DNA of 36,876 nucleotides, taken from IMG/VR virus record IMGVR_UViG_3300037518_000172, positions 1 through 36,876 of that record, one strand, 5' to 3'. The position numbers and the translations under genes were made by a program. This document shows positions 9,521 to 18,935 of this stretch, piece after piece; position 1 is the stretch's first letter; every line of letters begins with the position of its first letter. The stretch is from a virus. Its lineage: Duplodnaviria; Caudoviricetes. The notes below the pieces were generated by a model, which saw only the letters and a list, made by a program, of their open reading frames with translations, was not told the origin of the DNA and did not search any database.

Positions 9521-10339
9521 TCAAGTGTGCCAATCGCGCACGAAGCGGTTGATTGTATCTACTATCCCCGCCGTTTGTAGTTCTGCCCATGACCCGCCTG
9601 TTTGTTGGAATCCCCAGAACACGACCCCATCGCAGTCACCCATGTCGGCATGAGATTTAATCGTGTCTAGGATGGACCGAAAATATTCATGCTCGATGAT
9701 GCTGAACGGAGTGGAGTTGTGGTACGGCTGCACATAAGCGAATATTTCCTTGTTTGGCCCGAGGCGGCGGGCTTCGGGAAATACCTCGTTCAAGAACTCT
9801 ATGTGGTCAGCCTTGGGCCAAATGGCTATTTCCGGTGCGTAGCAGGTAACGTAGAGCGTATCCAATGCGTCATGGACTTCGTTGAACGCATCCTGATCCG
9901 CCTTCCACTGAGTTTTCTGCTCGATCGTTCCTATAGCCCAGTCACGGTTCGGCGTGGGCGCGACGTTGTAGCAGCCGATCTTCAAGTCCGGCCGGACATC
10001 GCGCCATATGGCAATCATCTGCAAGAATTTGGCCTTGCTATCCGCCACGGTCGCCGCGTCGTGAAACTCGCTATCGCTATGCCCATAGTTTTCGATATCC
10101 AAAAGTATCCGTGGCGTCGGGCCATTAGCCGACGATCCGCCATTGAACAGCAGCGTTGGAAAATACGTCTCCCGAAGGAAAGTTTCCTCGGTGCCTTCGA
10201 TCTCCGTTTCTTGAGATAGCGGCTTGAGACTTTCGTCCCACATGTCCCCAGCAGCTTCGCTTTGGAATGCCATGCCGCGCATAGGCCCGGAGGGTTTCCC
10301 GGAAATATTCAGCTTATCGAGAAAGATCAACCCCGTCAT
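9521..10339 (-). CDS. putative TIM-barrel glycoside hydrolase-like protein (hyaluronidase/GH56-like motif order)
   Basis: Motifs LLDIENY, RPDLKIGCYN, LDTLYVTCY and DGVVFWG. The function is inferred. Confidence 0.45.
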   Translation of the reverse strand: MTGLIFLDKLNISGKPSGPMRGMAFQSEAAGDMWDESLKPLSQETEIEGTEETFLRETYFPTLLFNGGSSANGPTPRILLDIENYGHSDSEFHDAATVADSKAKFLQMIAIWRDVRPDLKIGCYNVAPTPNRDWAIGTIEQKTQWKADQDAFNEVHDALDTLYVTCYAPEIAIWPKADHIEFLNEVFPEARRLGPNKEIFAYVQPYHNSTPFSIIEHEYFRSILDTIKSHADMGDCDGVVFWGFQQTGGSWAELQTAGIVDTINRFVRDWHT

Positions 10340-11526
10340 GCGGTTAACGCATTCATTTCTGCGTCCGTCTTGGCAACATCGTAGTATTTGATGCTACGGA
10401 AATGCCCATTAAAGAAATTATTTGCCGAGCGCCGGCCGATCCGCATGGTTGTGAACGGGTCAGGCGTCGGAACGCCGACGCTCGTGTCCTCTGTCCCAGC
10501 GACGCCATCGGCGGAAATGTTCACGTCGTCGTCCGCATAGCGCACGGCGAGGGCGAATTCGGTATCTTCGGAGTCAGCAGACTCCGCGACGAACACGAAC
10601 GCATCGGTATCAGCGGAATTTACGAACTCTCCTTGGAACCTACGGTTATTTATACTCTGTTCGACAGAAAAATTATCGGTGGTCCCCCCGTCGTCGAGAA
10701 CGAACAACCACCCGGTGCCGACAACAGATGACGGAACTAGCGGCGTTCTCCCGGAGATGTAGACCGTGCCCGCATCCTGGTTCACGAAGCTCATATCCGT
10801 CGAAAGAAGAAATTCAGAATTTCTCGTCACCGCTGCGGTCGTTGTGAGGATGGGACTTGACGGATAGGGGGCCTGGCCAAGATCAGGCCCCTCAAGTTGG
10901 TCGCAATCAACGATAACCGCATCTCCATCCGCAACGATCCTGACGCCGAACGTCGGATCGGCCGCTGATGCGCCTAGAACGTAATACCTTGTGAAATCAA
11001 CGGCGCTCAATCCCGTGCACGTTGTCCACGTCGTCCCGCCGTCAACCGTGATGTCGATATCGCCCGTGCCGGTTTTCCGCTTGATGTAGACGCTATAAGA
11101 ATTAGCCTCCGCTGCCTTGGTGACCGTCTGTAGGCTTGTCCCATTCGCGGCCGTCGCCGTCAGCGTTGAACAACTGTTCGCAGAACCGTCGAGCCCGACC
11201 GCATCTTTGGCTGCGGTTATGTTCGTGTTGATCCATGCCGCTTGAGTTCGGTCGCGGGAATGGAGGGCCTCGTTTATCCTAATCTGCTCGATCAGTAACC
11301 CGAGCGGCGTACCGGCGAAGTTGTGATCGAAACGTGGTTCGTCAGTGCCAGCCGAAATGAGCAGGCCGTTTTCATCGAAGTACCATGCCGTGCCAGAGCG
11401 CGTGAAAGTCGGCACGGGGCCGCGTTTCACTATCGCCGATATGGGCGTTCCGGCATGGTGGAGCATCTTGTAGTACAGCGTCAGCGTGTCGTCGGCCATC
11501 ATTACGCGACGTTGGTGCAGAGACAT
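10336..11526 (-). CDS. spike/fibre protein with a C-terminal LamG/ConA-like domain
   Basis: TFTRSGTAWYFDENG...DEPRFDH...GLLIEQ and a C-terminal FNGHFRSIKYYD. Confidence 0.7.
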   Translation of the reverse strand: MSLHQRRVMMADDTLTLYYKMLHHAGTPISAIVKRGPVPTFTRSGTAWYFDENGLLISAGTDEPRFDHNFAGTPLGLLIEQIRINEALHSRDRTQAAWINTNITAAKDAVGLDGSANSCSTLTATAANGTSLQTVTKAAEANSYSVYIKRKTGTGDIDITVDGGTTWTTCTGLSAVDFTRYYVLGASAADPTFGVRIVADGDAVIVDCDQLEGPDLGQAPYPSSPILTTTAAVTRNSEFLLSTDMSFVNQDAGTVYISGRTPLVPSSVVGTGWLFVLDDGGTTDNFSVEQSINNRRFQGEFVNSADTDAFVFVAESADSEDTEFALAVRYADDDVNISADGVAGTEDTSVGVPTPDPFTTMRIGRRSANNFFNGHFRSIKYYDVAKTDAEMNALTA

Positions 11527-11560
11527 ACTCTAGCACTCGCTCATTGCGACGTGGGCGCTC

Positions 11561-12019
11561 TTACGCCGGCGCGCTCCACAGATGGATACCGTTGGCGTCG
11601 AAGGTAACGTCGAAGTCCGCACCTACATCCGCCGTCTTGGCGCCGTCGAAGTCGACGAAAAACAGCAAGTTCTTGACTGCCGGCGAAGCTTGGTCATCGT
11701 CGTAGATCACACCAAATGACGCCGGGCCGATGGCTACGCCAGTCGCCGTGACAGAGATATCAACGGCATCCAGCTTGGCTTCGTTAGTGTTTACCACCGT
11801 AACGGCAGCGCTTGCCAGCGCCTCGCCGCCGGTCGTCCAGCCGCCGCCGTCTACTTCATTCGCACTTAATGCGTCGATGGTAGTGTCCGTGGCATCGAAA
11901 ACCGCCGCAGGCGATGTCAGGTCGAGATCAAGCAACATCAACTTGAGGTTAGCGAGATTGACTTCGCCGTTGGCAAACAGCTTTCGGGTATGGTTATAGA
12001 ACGTGATGGTCACGGCCAT
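11561..12019 (-). CDS. hypothetical virion protein
   Basis: 152 aa with an AGAAGGA SD, in the tail region. Confidence 0.75.
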   Translation of the reverse strand: MAVTITFYNHTRKLFANGEVNLANLKLMLLDLDLTSPAAVFDATDTTIDALSANEVDGGGWTTGGEALASAAVTVVNTNEAKLDAVDISVTATGVAIGPASFGVIYDDDQASPAVKNLLFFVDFDGAKTADVGADFDVTFDANGIHLWSAPA

Positions 12020-12040
12020 GGTGCAAGTCCTTCTTCAGAG

Positions 12041-12400
12041 TTAAGGCAGGATTTCCAGCGGGAAACTGACGGAATACAAATCTTCCGAATCGAGCGGCTG
12101 GGGATGGGGCGGCTGATCGGCGATGAACCGCATTGTGACGGCAGTTCCGGTACGCGGGTGAACCCAGGTAAACGACAGGACACCGCCACCCGTATCCGTC
12201 TTCCAGAATGTAAGTAGCGTCTCCACCTGGGCGTTCGTGAGCGCCAAGCGAATGCTGATCGGCGTGACGGCGGCGGTGGAGCGGCGGCGCTGTTTGGCCG
12301 GTCCGGCATCCATCGATGAGCGCAGGCCCATTTTGGGGAACTGCTCGTCATAGCCATTCACGAGCGGCGATTGCGGCAAGCTTACCGGCCACGCGGCCAT
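12041..12400 (-). CDS. distal tail (gpM-like) protein
   Basis: WPVSLPQ...RSSMDAGPAKQRRRST...FTWVHP; directly after the tape measure gene. Confidence 0.8.
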   Translation of the reverse strand: MAAWPVSLPQSPLVNGYDEQFPKMGLRSSMDAGPAKQRRRSTAAVTPISIRLALTNAQVETLLTFWKTDTGGGVLSFTWVHPRTGTAVTMRFIADQPPHPQPLDSEDLYSVSFPLEILP

Positions 12401-12403
12401 GAT

Positions 12404-14638
12404 CTATCTCAATGCCAGGGCGCGGCGGGCGCCGAAAGTCTCGGATAGCGCCGCCGCCGTATCGCTGCCCGGCCTGCGCACCTGACGGGCAACCGCCTTG
12501 TCGAGAGTAACCTCCAGCGATACGCCGCCGCCCGTCGTCGACGATTCGCGCACGCCGACCTCGGCACCGGCATTGTTGATGATCGTCACCTGTACCCCGC
12601 CGCGCGCTTGCTGCCCCGGCGTCTCGATGGTCACGCGCTCGCCGGGCGTTGCCCAGAAATTCACGGGCTGGCTATCCGTGCCGCCCGCACCGCCAACCAT
12701 GAATGAACCGCCACTGGCAAAGGCGCTACCACCGCCCTGCACGAAGCCGCTTGGCGTCATAGGTGCGCCGCCGAAAAAGCTGCCGAGCGAACCGACCGCC
12801 TTGCCGATGAAGTCGGAGAACAGGTTGCCGGCCGGTTCGGTGATGATCGAGCGCGTGAGGATGCGCAGGATATCCTGCTCCAAGCCGCGCAGGATATCGC
12901 GCAGGCCGTTGCCGCTGACTATCGCATCCTCGAAGGCGGACGACATGGTAAGGCCGAAGTCGCGCGCGAAGTCCTTGGCCCGCCGCGTCTCGTTGCCAAC
13001 ATCGGACATTGTGCGCTTGGTGCGTTCCAAAGTCCGTAGCCAGATCATTGTCGCCTGGGCTTGCGTGAGCGCGCCTTGTTCCACCAATTCGTTCAGGCGT
13101 TGCTGTAACTCAACCCGTTCTTCATGGCCTGTTTGCACGGATTTCAGCAGTGACTCGGCTTCCGTCAGGGATTTAACCGCATTCCTCTGCCGTTCCGTCG
13201 CCTCGACAATGGCGAGGATCGACAGGACCCGCTCATCGCCTGTCTTCGAAAGAAGCTTCTGCGTCTCGATGAGCGTCTGTGTCGCCGGGATCAATTTGGA
13301 GTCGATGAGCGCCTTGTGCGTCTCCAACTCGATAGTATGACGGCGCACGGCGTCAGCGCCTTGCTCTGTCGCCAGACGAAGGCTGTTGACTTCCGAAAAC
13401 TGCTGGGCGAGAGACGACGTGGTGGAATCGAGTGCGTTCTTGGTTTTCTCGAATGCCTCCGTGGCATCGTCGGCGCCTGATGTCAGGGTGCCGAACGCTT
13501 GTAAGGCGTCCGTGATCGAGGCATCGACGGCCTCGATGTTCACCATGATCGCGGCGAACGCCGCCGCCGCTGCGACCAACCCGATCAAGCCTTTCTTGGC
13601 ACCCGCCGATACCGCGGCCAGCAGGCCGCCAGAGACGGCCGCCGCCTTCATGGCGAGGGCCAACGTCAGAAACGCCCGAGCCATGGCAATAACGACACCG
13701 GCCAACTTGAGCGCGATCAACGCACCGGCAACGGCCACAATTTCACGCATGTTATGGCCCACGAATTTTACCGCCGCAGCGACACCGCGCATGGCGGCGC
13801 CGACCGCCTGGCCGAATTCCTCGCCGATGCGGCGCGCCTCCGTCATGGACTCGACCATGGCATCGACGCTTTTATCGATTGAGCCCACGAGTCCCTCGAT
13901 GATCTTCGTATCGAAGCCGGCGGAGAACGCTCGCTTCAACCTTGTCATCTGATCGCCGAGATCTTTGGACGCTTCGATCATCTCGTCACTGCGCGTGACC
14001 AGCGCCACCATTCTGGGATCGAGCTTGCCGGCCTCTTCCGCCAACAGGACCATCGCCTGCCCGGCTTGCCGCCCGAACGCTGCGGCGGACAACGCCTGCT
14101 TGTCGAAGGCGGACCCGGCGTTATTGATGGCGTCCAGCATAATCCGAAAGCCCTCTTCCGTGCTTCCGGCCGCGAGCAACTGGTTCTTCAATGCCTTATT
14201 GGACTTGTCGAGGATCGTTATAAGCGTGCCAGTGCCGGCCCTTAATTCACCGACACGCTTCGTGAACGCACCTAGGCCGCTTCCAAGCTTCTCCGTCGTT
14301 ACACCGGCAAGCTCGCCTTCGATACTAAATCTTTGGAACGCGGCGGTGGATATTTGCAGCTGCTTCGATTGTTTCTCGATAGCATCGCCGGTGTCGATAG
14401 CTGCCTGCGCGAACTTAGCGAACTGACGCACGGCAAACGCACCGGCCAGTGCGGCAACGGCACCGCGAAGCTGGCTGAACTGGCGTTGCACTCTACGCGC
14501 TGCCTGCTCGACCCGCTGCATGGCACGGCGCTGCTGCGCTGTCTGCGAATTTATCGCGCGCGTGACCGCTCCAAGATCGCGCTGGAATGCCGCGGATTCC
14601 AGCCGCATATCAGAGACGAGCGAGCCCATTGTTGCCAT
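12404..14638 (-). CDS. tail tape measure protein
   Basis: 744 aa, Ala-rich and helical. N-terminal MATMGSLVSDMRLESAAF; C-terminal FASGGSFMVGGAGGTDSQ. Confidence 0.93.
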   Translation of the reverse strand: MATMGSLVSDMRLESAAFQRDLGAVTRAINSQTAQQRRAMQRVEQAARRVQRQFSQLRGAVAALAGAFAVRQFAKFAQAAIDTGDAIEKQSKQLQISTAAFQRFSIEGELAGVTTEKLGSGLGAFTKRVGELRAGTGTLITILDKSNKALKNQLLAAGSTEEGFRIMLDAINNAGSAFDKQALSAAAFGRQAGQAMVLLAEEAGKLDPRMVALVTRSDEMIEASKDLGDQMTRLKRAFSAGFDTKIIEGLVGSIDKSVDAMVESMTEARRIGEEFGQAVGAAMRGVAAAVKFVGHNMREIVAVAGALIALKLAGVVIAMARAFLTLALAMKAAAVSGGLLAAVSAGAKKGLIGLVAAAAAFAAIMVNIEAVDASITDALQAFGTLTSGADDATEAFEKTKNALDSTTSSLAQQFSEVNSLRLATEQGADAVRRHTIELETHKALIDSKLIPATQTLIETQKLLSKTGDERVLSILAIVEATERQRNAVKSLTEAESLLKSVQTGHEERVELQQRLNELVEQGALTQAQATMIWLRTLERTKRTMSDVGNETRRAKDFARDFGLTMSSAFEDAIVSGNGLRDILRGLEQDILRILTRSIITEPAGNLFSDFIGKAVGSLGSFFGGAPMTPSGFVQGGGSAFASGGSFMVGGAGGTDSQPVNFWATPGERVTIETPGQQARGGVQVTIINNAGAEVGVRESSTTGGGVSLEVTLDKAVARQVRRPGSDTAAALSETFGARRALALR

Positions 14639-14685
14639 GCGGATCGACCTCGGTTAAGGTTATCCCCCAAAAATGGGAGGTTTCG

Positions 14686-15237
14686 ATGTCCAAGATGATC
14701 GACCGAATAAACCAAGCGACGGCCGAACTAGAGGCGGAAACCGCCCGAGTCAAAGCCGGTGGTGCGCCTAAAAAACCATCGGTGGGCGATGCCATTGGCG
14801 CCGTCACCGTGCTATGCCTTGTCGCCTCTGGCGTTCTCTACTACTTCCGGTCCGATATTCAGAATACGTGGTCGGATCTTCGCGCAACCGTCGACTCCGC
14901 CTACGCGGAGCGCACGACGGCGGAGCGCGCCGAAGCCGAGCGGGCGGCCAAGGAGAAAGCTACTCAGAACGCTTGGGAGTTCCGGCTCGCAGGCGCGCAC
15001 CGTGACTGCGAGAATGCCGTTCGCCAATACAGCAAGTTCCCGAGCAAAGCCAAGTTCCACCGCGACGTCATGGATATCCTTGCTCAATATTCAATCGCGC
15101 CGAATTCCCGGACGGGACGGTTTCGAGGCCGCGTTGATATGATGAACGGCTTCGGCGCAATGATCCCGCATCGCTACACATGCATCCTCGATGTGCCGAA
15201 CTGGAAGTTCACCAGCGTCACCGTAGCGGAGGGCTAA
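14686..15237 (+). CDS. moron-like membrane protein on the opposite strand
   Basis: GGAGG SD before ATG at 14686. One TM segment, then a C...VD..NGFGAM...YTC domain. Confidence 0.8.
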   Translation: MSKMIDRINQATAELEAETARVKAGGAPKKPSVGDAIGAVTVLCLVASGVLYYFRSDIQNTWSDLRATVDSAYAERTTAERAEAERAAKEKATQNAWEFRLAGAHRDCENAVRQYSKFPSKAKFHRDVMDILAQYSIAPNSRTGRFRGRVDMMNGFGAMIPHRYTCILDVPNWKFTSVTVAEG

Positions 15238-15657
15238 TCACCTCACCGGCTTCGCCAACTTCGCGGCTTCCCGCGCGAGCCCGCGCGCCATCACCTTTCC
15301 CATCTCTTCCAGAGCCTCGCCGACCTTGCTGTCCATCGCCGGACGCATGAACGGCTTGGCCGCCGAATGCGATGTGCCAAACTCGACAAAGTGAGCCCTC
15401 CAGCTGGCAGTCCGCTTAAACCCCATCAGCACTATGCGCTGTTTATCATTTCTGGGTTTTCGCACCATGATAGTGATGCTGTCCCGCAGAGCGCCGGTTC
15501 GCACAGGAACCAGCCTCTTAGCTTCTGCGACGATCACCTTGGCGCCCGCGCGCAGCGCTTGATCGCCGATCTTCGAGGCAAGTACGGGTCCAAGCTTCTT
15601 CAACAGCGCCTCCATTTCCTTGGCGCCCTTGATCGTGAACTCAACCTTGCCCACCAT
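15238..15657 (-). CDS. HK97 gp10-like tail component
   Basis: VPVRTGALRDSI...AHFVEFGTS...AKPFMRPA. Confidence 0.92.
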   Translation of the reverse strand: MVGKVEFTIKGAKEMEALLKKLGPVLASKIGDQALRAGAKVIVAEAKRLVPVRTGALRDSITIMVRKPRNDKQRIVLMGFKRTASWRAHFVEFGTSHSAAKPFMRPAMDSKVGEALEEMGKVMARGLAREAAKLAKPVR

Positions 15658-16024
15658 CGCCCTTGTCCTTCCGCTTGATCCGATTTCCGAACGCGGCGAT
15701 GAACTCTGCCTTGACCCGCTTCGGATCGAGCCCTTCCGGGACTTCCTTCAAACCGCCGCGTTGCTCGTTGATCCGCCTTGGCATGAAGTCGGTTGGCGCG
15801 AAAGGTTCTCTGCGCTTCTTTTGGTCACGATGAACATTGGCGATAGTCGAGGCGACGATACCGGCGCGGTAGAAAGCGGCTTCCTCTCCGAACGGCTCAA
15901 TGGTCGTGTAGATCATCCATTCGTTCAGTTCGCGCTCGGAGATCGTGTCTTCAAGTTCGGCTACTGTTCGTCCGAGTGCGAGGGCGAGACGGAAGCAGAA
16001 TCTTCGGCGTCCGTCGTTGCGAAG
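15641..16024 (-). CDS. tail assembly chaperone, T portion (-1 frameshift extension of the upstream TAC)
   Basis: The -1 frame from the slippery site reads LRNDGRRRFCFRLALALGRTVAELEDTISERELNEWMIYTTIEPFG... and is in frame with the 15641-15916 ORF. Confidence 0.85.
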   Translation of the reverse strand, partial: LRNDGRRRFCFRLALALGRTVAELEDTISERELNEWMIYTTIEPFGEEAAFYRAGIVASTIANVHRDQKKRREPFAPTDFMPRRINEQRGGLKEVPEGLDPKRVKAEFIAAFGNRIKRKDKGDGGQG

Positions 16025-16413
16025 TTTTTTTCCAGTTCCTCGATATCGCTTTCAGTCAGGCCGGATAGCCGCTGGGCCACGGTGACGATGCGCTCCATCG
16101 CCGCCGCCGACTTCTTCGACAATGCCGCCACGTCCTCATCCGTGAACAAACGATTGCCGTTCTCGTCAACGACCGTATGAACGACAAGGCGCTCACGAAC
16201 CTGTTTGATCGCGGCACGATTCCGCTTCAACTCCGGTTCGCCACGGCGCCCCTTGACTTCCATCATGAAGGCCGATTCATACTCTCCACGCTCCTTCGCC
16301 GTCATGCCGACGACGCGGACGGACCCGCCCCATTCAGGAACCGGGACTATCTCTTCCGGGATATCCCGCGCCTCCATGATGGCGTCACGGGTCAACAGTG
16401 TTTTCTTTGCCAT
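15961..16413 (-). CDS. tail assembly chaperone (G)
   Basis: LLTRDAI...VPVPEWGGSVRV...VDENGNRLF...ELEKNF; follows the tail tube gene. Confidence 0.9.
   Translation of the reverse strand: MAKKTLLTRDAIMEARDIPEEIVPVPEWGGSVRVVGMTAKERGEYESAFMMEVKGRRGEPELKRNRAAIKQVRERLVVHTVVDENGNRLFTDEDVAALSKKSAAAMERIVTVAQRLSGLTESDIEELEKNFATTDAEDSASVSPSHSDEQ
16024..16030 (-). promoter_or_regulatory. -1 ribosomal frameshift site A_AAA_AAC
   Basis: In-frame GAA AAA AAC (E-K-N) forms an X_XXY_YYZ heptamer, and the -1 frame is open into the T ORF. Confidence 0.85.
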
Positions 16414-16456
16414 GGATTCCTCATCGTTCGTCGCTTAATTGCGACGGCGGTTGATA

Positions 16457-16876
16457 CTATGCGGAGAATTGCAAGTCGCCGGTCGGCTTCAGCACAACGC
16501 GCAATCCAACCACGTTGTCGATCGCGATATCCGTGATAGACCAGTTGGTCACCAGCGCATTGAAGGTGATGGTATCTGCCGGGCTATTCGACAAGGTGAC
16601 GCGATAGCCACGGGCATTTTCGGAATTGTTGTCCGTCTTGAGCGCGGCCTGCGTGACGTTGTCCGGGTCATACTGCATGACGACCTCGATTTCCTGGCCG
16701 TCCTTGATCGCCTTCTTGTACTCTCTGGCGGTGCTGGATAGGTTCGTGATGTCGATCAGGCCGCGGTCCTGACCGACAGTCCCGATGCTGACGACTTGCG
16801 GAAAATTAGTGTAAGTGAGCGGCGAATTTGCATTGCTGCGGGCAATGGTCGTGCCGTCCGCGACATAGACTGCCAT
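16457..16876 (-). CDS. major tail tube protein
   Basis: IDITNLSSTAREY...DGQEI...YRVT...ITFNALVT. GGAGG SD; precedes the TAC gene. Confidence 0.88.
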   Translation of the reverse strand: MAVYVADGTTIARSNANSPLTYTNFPQVVSIGTVGQDRGLIDITNLSSTAREYKKAIKDGQEIEVVMQYDPDNVTQAALKTDNNSENARGYRVTLSNSPADTITFNALVTNWSITDIAIDNVVGLRVVLKPTGDLQFSA

Positions 16877-16972
16877 TTTCAAGGGCCTCCATCTAAGGGC
16901 TGCGACGCATCACTGCGTTGCGATCAAAGCGCTGGCCAGACGCTGATTTCTGTGGCCGTTCCCTTGCGGGAA

Positions 16973-17305
16973 TTAGGTGTCGGTGGTTGGCGTCCGTCTT
17001 TCAGTGCGCTCCGTTCCGGTATCCAGGTTGCGGTAGCGGCGGCGGCCTCTGTCGGCAAGCGTTGTCACTTCGACCTCGCGCGGGGCGTCTTTCTCCGGCT
17101 CCGCTTGGACTGTCGTCGCCGGATCGGCTGCACCAATCACGGAACCATCCGCCGTAATCACGCCTTCCGGCCCATCCTCACTGACGCGCGAGATGTTCGC
17201 GCCGTCCAGGCCGGATAATTCCAGCGCACGGTGCCCGTTCTTTGCACGGATCAGCAGCACGGTCTCCGGCGGTGTGCCGGGGGATGATATGAAATAGAGA
17301 GCCAT
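16973..17305 (-). CDS. hypothetical protein
   Basis: 110 aa with a GGAG SD, between the tail terminator and tail tube genes. Confidence 0.65.
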   Translation of the reverse strand: MALYFISSPGTPPETVLLIRAKNGHRALELSGLDGANISRVSEDGPEGVITADGSVIGAADPATTVQAEPEKDAPREVEVTTLADRGRRRYRNLDTGTERTERRTPTTDT

Positions 17306-17309
17306 TAGA

Positions 17310-17717
17310 TCACTCCGAATGCGAGATCAAAAAATCCTGCGTCACGCGATACAGGCCGGTGTCTTCCTCGAATAGATCGCGCTCGTTGTCGAGCCGGACA
17401 ACGACGGTGCGCAGCGATGCAGGCGAATTCCCATCCGACAACTTGCCGATAAACCCGTTGAACGAATTACGGATCGCAGCGGCAAGTGCTTGCGCGCCGT
17501 TATACGTAATCGCCCACGAATCGTATTGGATACGGGCCATGCCGAAACCGGCAGCGCCACCCAGTGCCTGAAGACGTGAGCCTGATATCCGCTGAAACGT
17601 CACGTATGGCTTCGTCGGATTCTGCGGCGCCTTCAGTGGATAGATGCGCGTTCCGATAAGTCCATTGACCGTGCCGTTCGCCACAAGCCGGTCCTGCAAT
17701 TCCTTCTCGACCGTCAT
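17310..17717 (-). CDS. tail terminator (DUF3168-like)
   Basis: LIGTRIYPLKAPQ...PYVTFQRISG...RIQYDSWA. Confidence 0.88.
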   Translation of the reverse strand: MTVEKELQDRLVANGTVNGLIGTRIYPLKAPQNPTKPYVTFQRISGSRLQALGGAAGFGMARIQYDSWAITYNGAQALAAAIRNSFNGFIGKLSDGNSPASLRTVVVRLDNERDLFEEDTGLYRVTQDFLISHSE

Positions 17718-18043
17718 GCGATATCCGCCGGATTGAGGGCTTCGACCGACAATTCCAGCCATCCCTGTCTGTATGAATCTGCGATACCAACAATCCCATA
17801 GACCGTGCCGGCATCAATGATCCGCATTGTTTCGTTGAGTCCTGCCAGCCAGCGCATTCGGTAGGTCGCCGTCCGCGTGGCGAGCGTTTGCTCGGACGTG
17901 AATCTTTCCTGGCCTTTCACGTCGCGGCGCTGCGCCAAGACTTCGGCGAAAGTAGAAAACGTCTCGATAGGCTGACCAACAGAATCTTGCACCGTCGTGG
18001 CCGACTGAATGATGATCGAACGATCCAGCGCGCCAATACGCAT
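17714..18043 (-). CDS. head closure / head-tail adaptor (SPP1 gp16-like)
   Basis: MRIGALDRSIIIQ...DSVGQP...MRII...YGIVGI. Confidence 0.88.
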   Translation of the reverse strand: MRIGALDRSIIIQSATTVQDSVGQPIETFSTFAEVLAQRRDVKGQERFTSEQTLATRTATYRMRWLAGLNETMRIIDAGTVYGIVGIADSYRQGWLELSVEALNPADIA

Positions 18044-18630
18044 CAGACCCACACCCGGAACGGCGCAAGCAACGCATCGGCAGCCCTCGGGATTTCCGCA
18101 ACGGACTGCCCAATCACCACCGATTGCCTGTTTTCGTACAGATCGCCGATCATGATCTTCAGCGCCGCCGTGATCGATGCCGGTACATCTGCCGGGTTGC
18201 TGCCGTAGCCGCAAACAAATCTCACTGTCACCGCGCCAGCCTGATCCCGCGTGGTTGGCCATATCTCGTCATAGGCCAGATCGGCGCGAGGGCGCCAGTG
18301 CTTGCCGGCGCTCAAGACATACTTGGCGGACGACAGAGTTTGTTGCGTGCCGTTCTCGTCGATATAAGTGATGGACGTGATCGACTGGACCGGTGGCAAT
18401 GGCAGAGAAATGTAATCGGCGGCGGGGAACCTATCCAGCGTCAGATCCCAAGTGGCGGTTATCAACTGCCTGCCAAGCCAGCCGTCTCGCCCGTCGATAT
18501 GCTGGCGAGCAGCGACGATCAACTGATCAATGAGGGCATCTTCAATGGCGTGCGTGACGCGCAGATGATCCTTTGCTTCCTGCAGCGAGATCGGCTCTAT
18601 GGCCGGTGCGGTAACGAGAGACAGACTCAT
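18043..18630 (-). CDS. head-tail connector (gp6-like)
   Basis: EPISLQEAKDHLRV...EDALI...IGDLYENR. Confidence 0.9.
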   Translation of the reverse strand: MSLSLVTAPAIEPISLQEAKDHLRVTHAIEDALIDQLIVAARQHIDGRDGWLGRQLITATWDLTLDRFPAADYISLPLPPVQSITSITYIDENGTQQTLSSAKYVLSAGKHWRPRADLAYDEIWPTTRDQAGAVTVRFVCGYGSNPADVPASITAALKIMIGDLYENRQSVVIGQSVAEIPRAADALLAPFRVWV

Positions 18631-18935
18631 GCGACGTTGGACCTCAAGACGTAGCGCTCCCCAGATACCGCCGCGACAACCGTGCCGGTTCCAGCCCATT
18701 CGATGAAGTGGCGGCCTTCCTGGGCATAGGTGAAGTCGGACTCGAAGGTGCCGGTAACATCGTTCGTTATCGTGGCCGGGCTATCCGCTGTAGTGCGCGT
18801 GACCACCGTGCCGTTCGGCTGCCTGATCTTCAGCGTTACCGTGGTCGGATTGGCCGCGACGGCAGGACTGGCGTTGTTCGTGAAGCTTGCCGTCAACGTC
18901 TCGCCGTCGCCAATATCGCGCACCTCAGTGGTCAT
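18627..18935 (-). CDS. hypothetical virion protein (Ig-like)
   Basis: 102 aa, beta-rich, with ATGA overlaps on both sides. Confidence 0.7.
   Translation of the reverse strand: MTTEVRDIGDGETLTASFTNNASPAVAANPTTVTLKIRQPNGTVVTRTTADSPATITNDVTGTFESDFTYAQEGRHFIEWAGTGTVVAAVSGERYVLRSNVA

Noticed and set aside
3059-11526. Diversity-generating retroelement or invertible fibre cassette
   Set aside because: No reverse transcriptase, invertase or TR/VR pair was seen.
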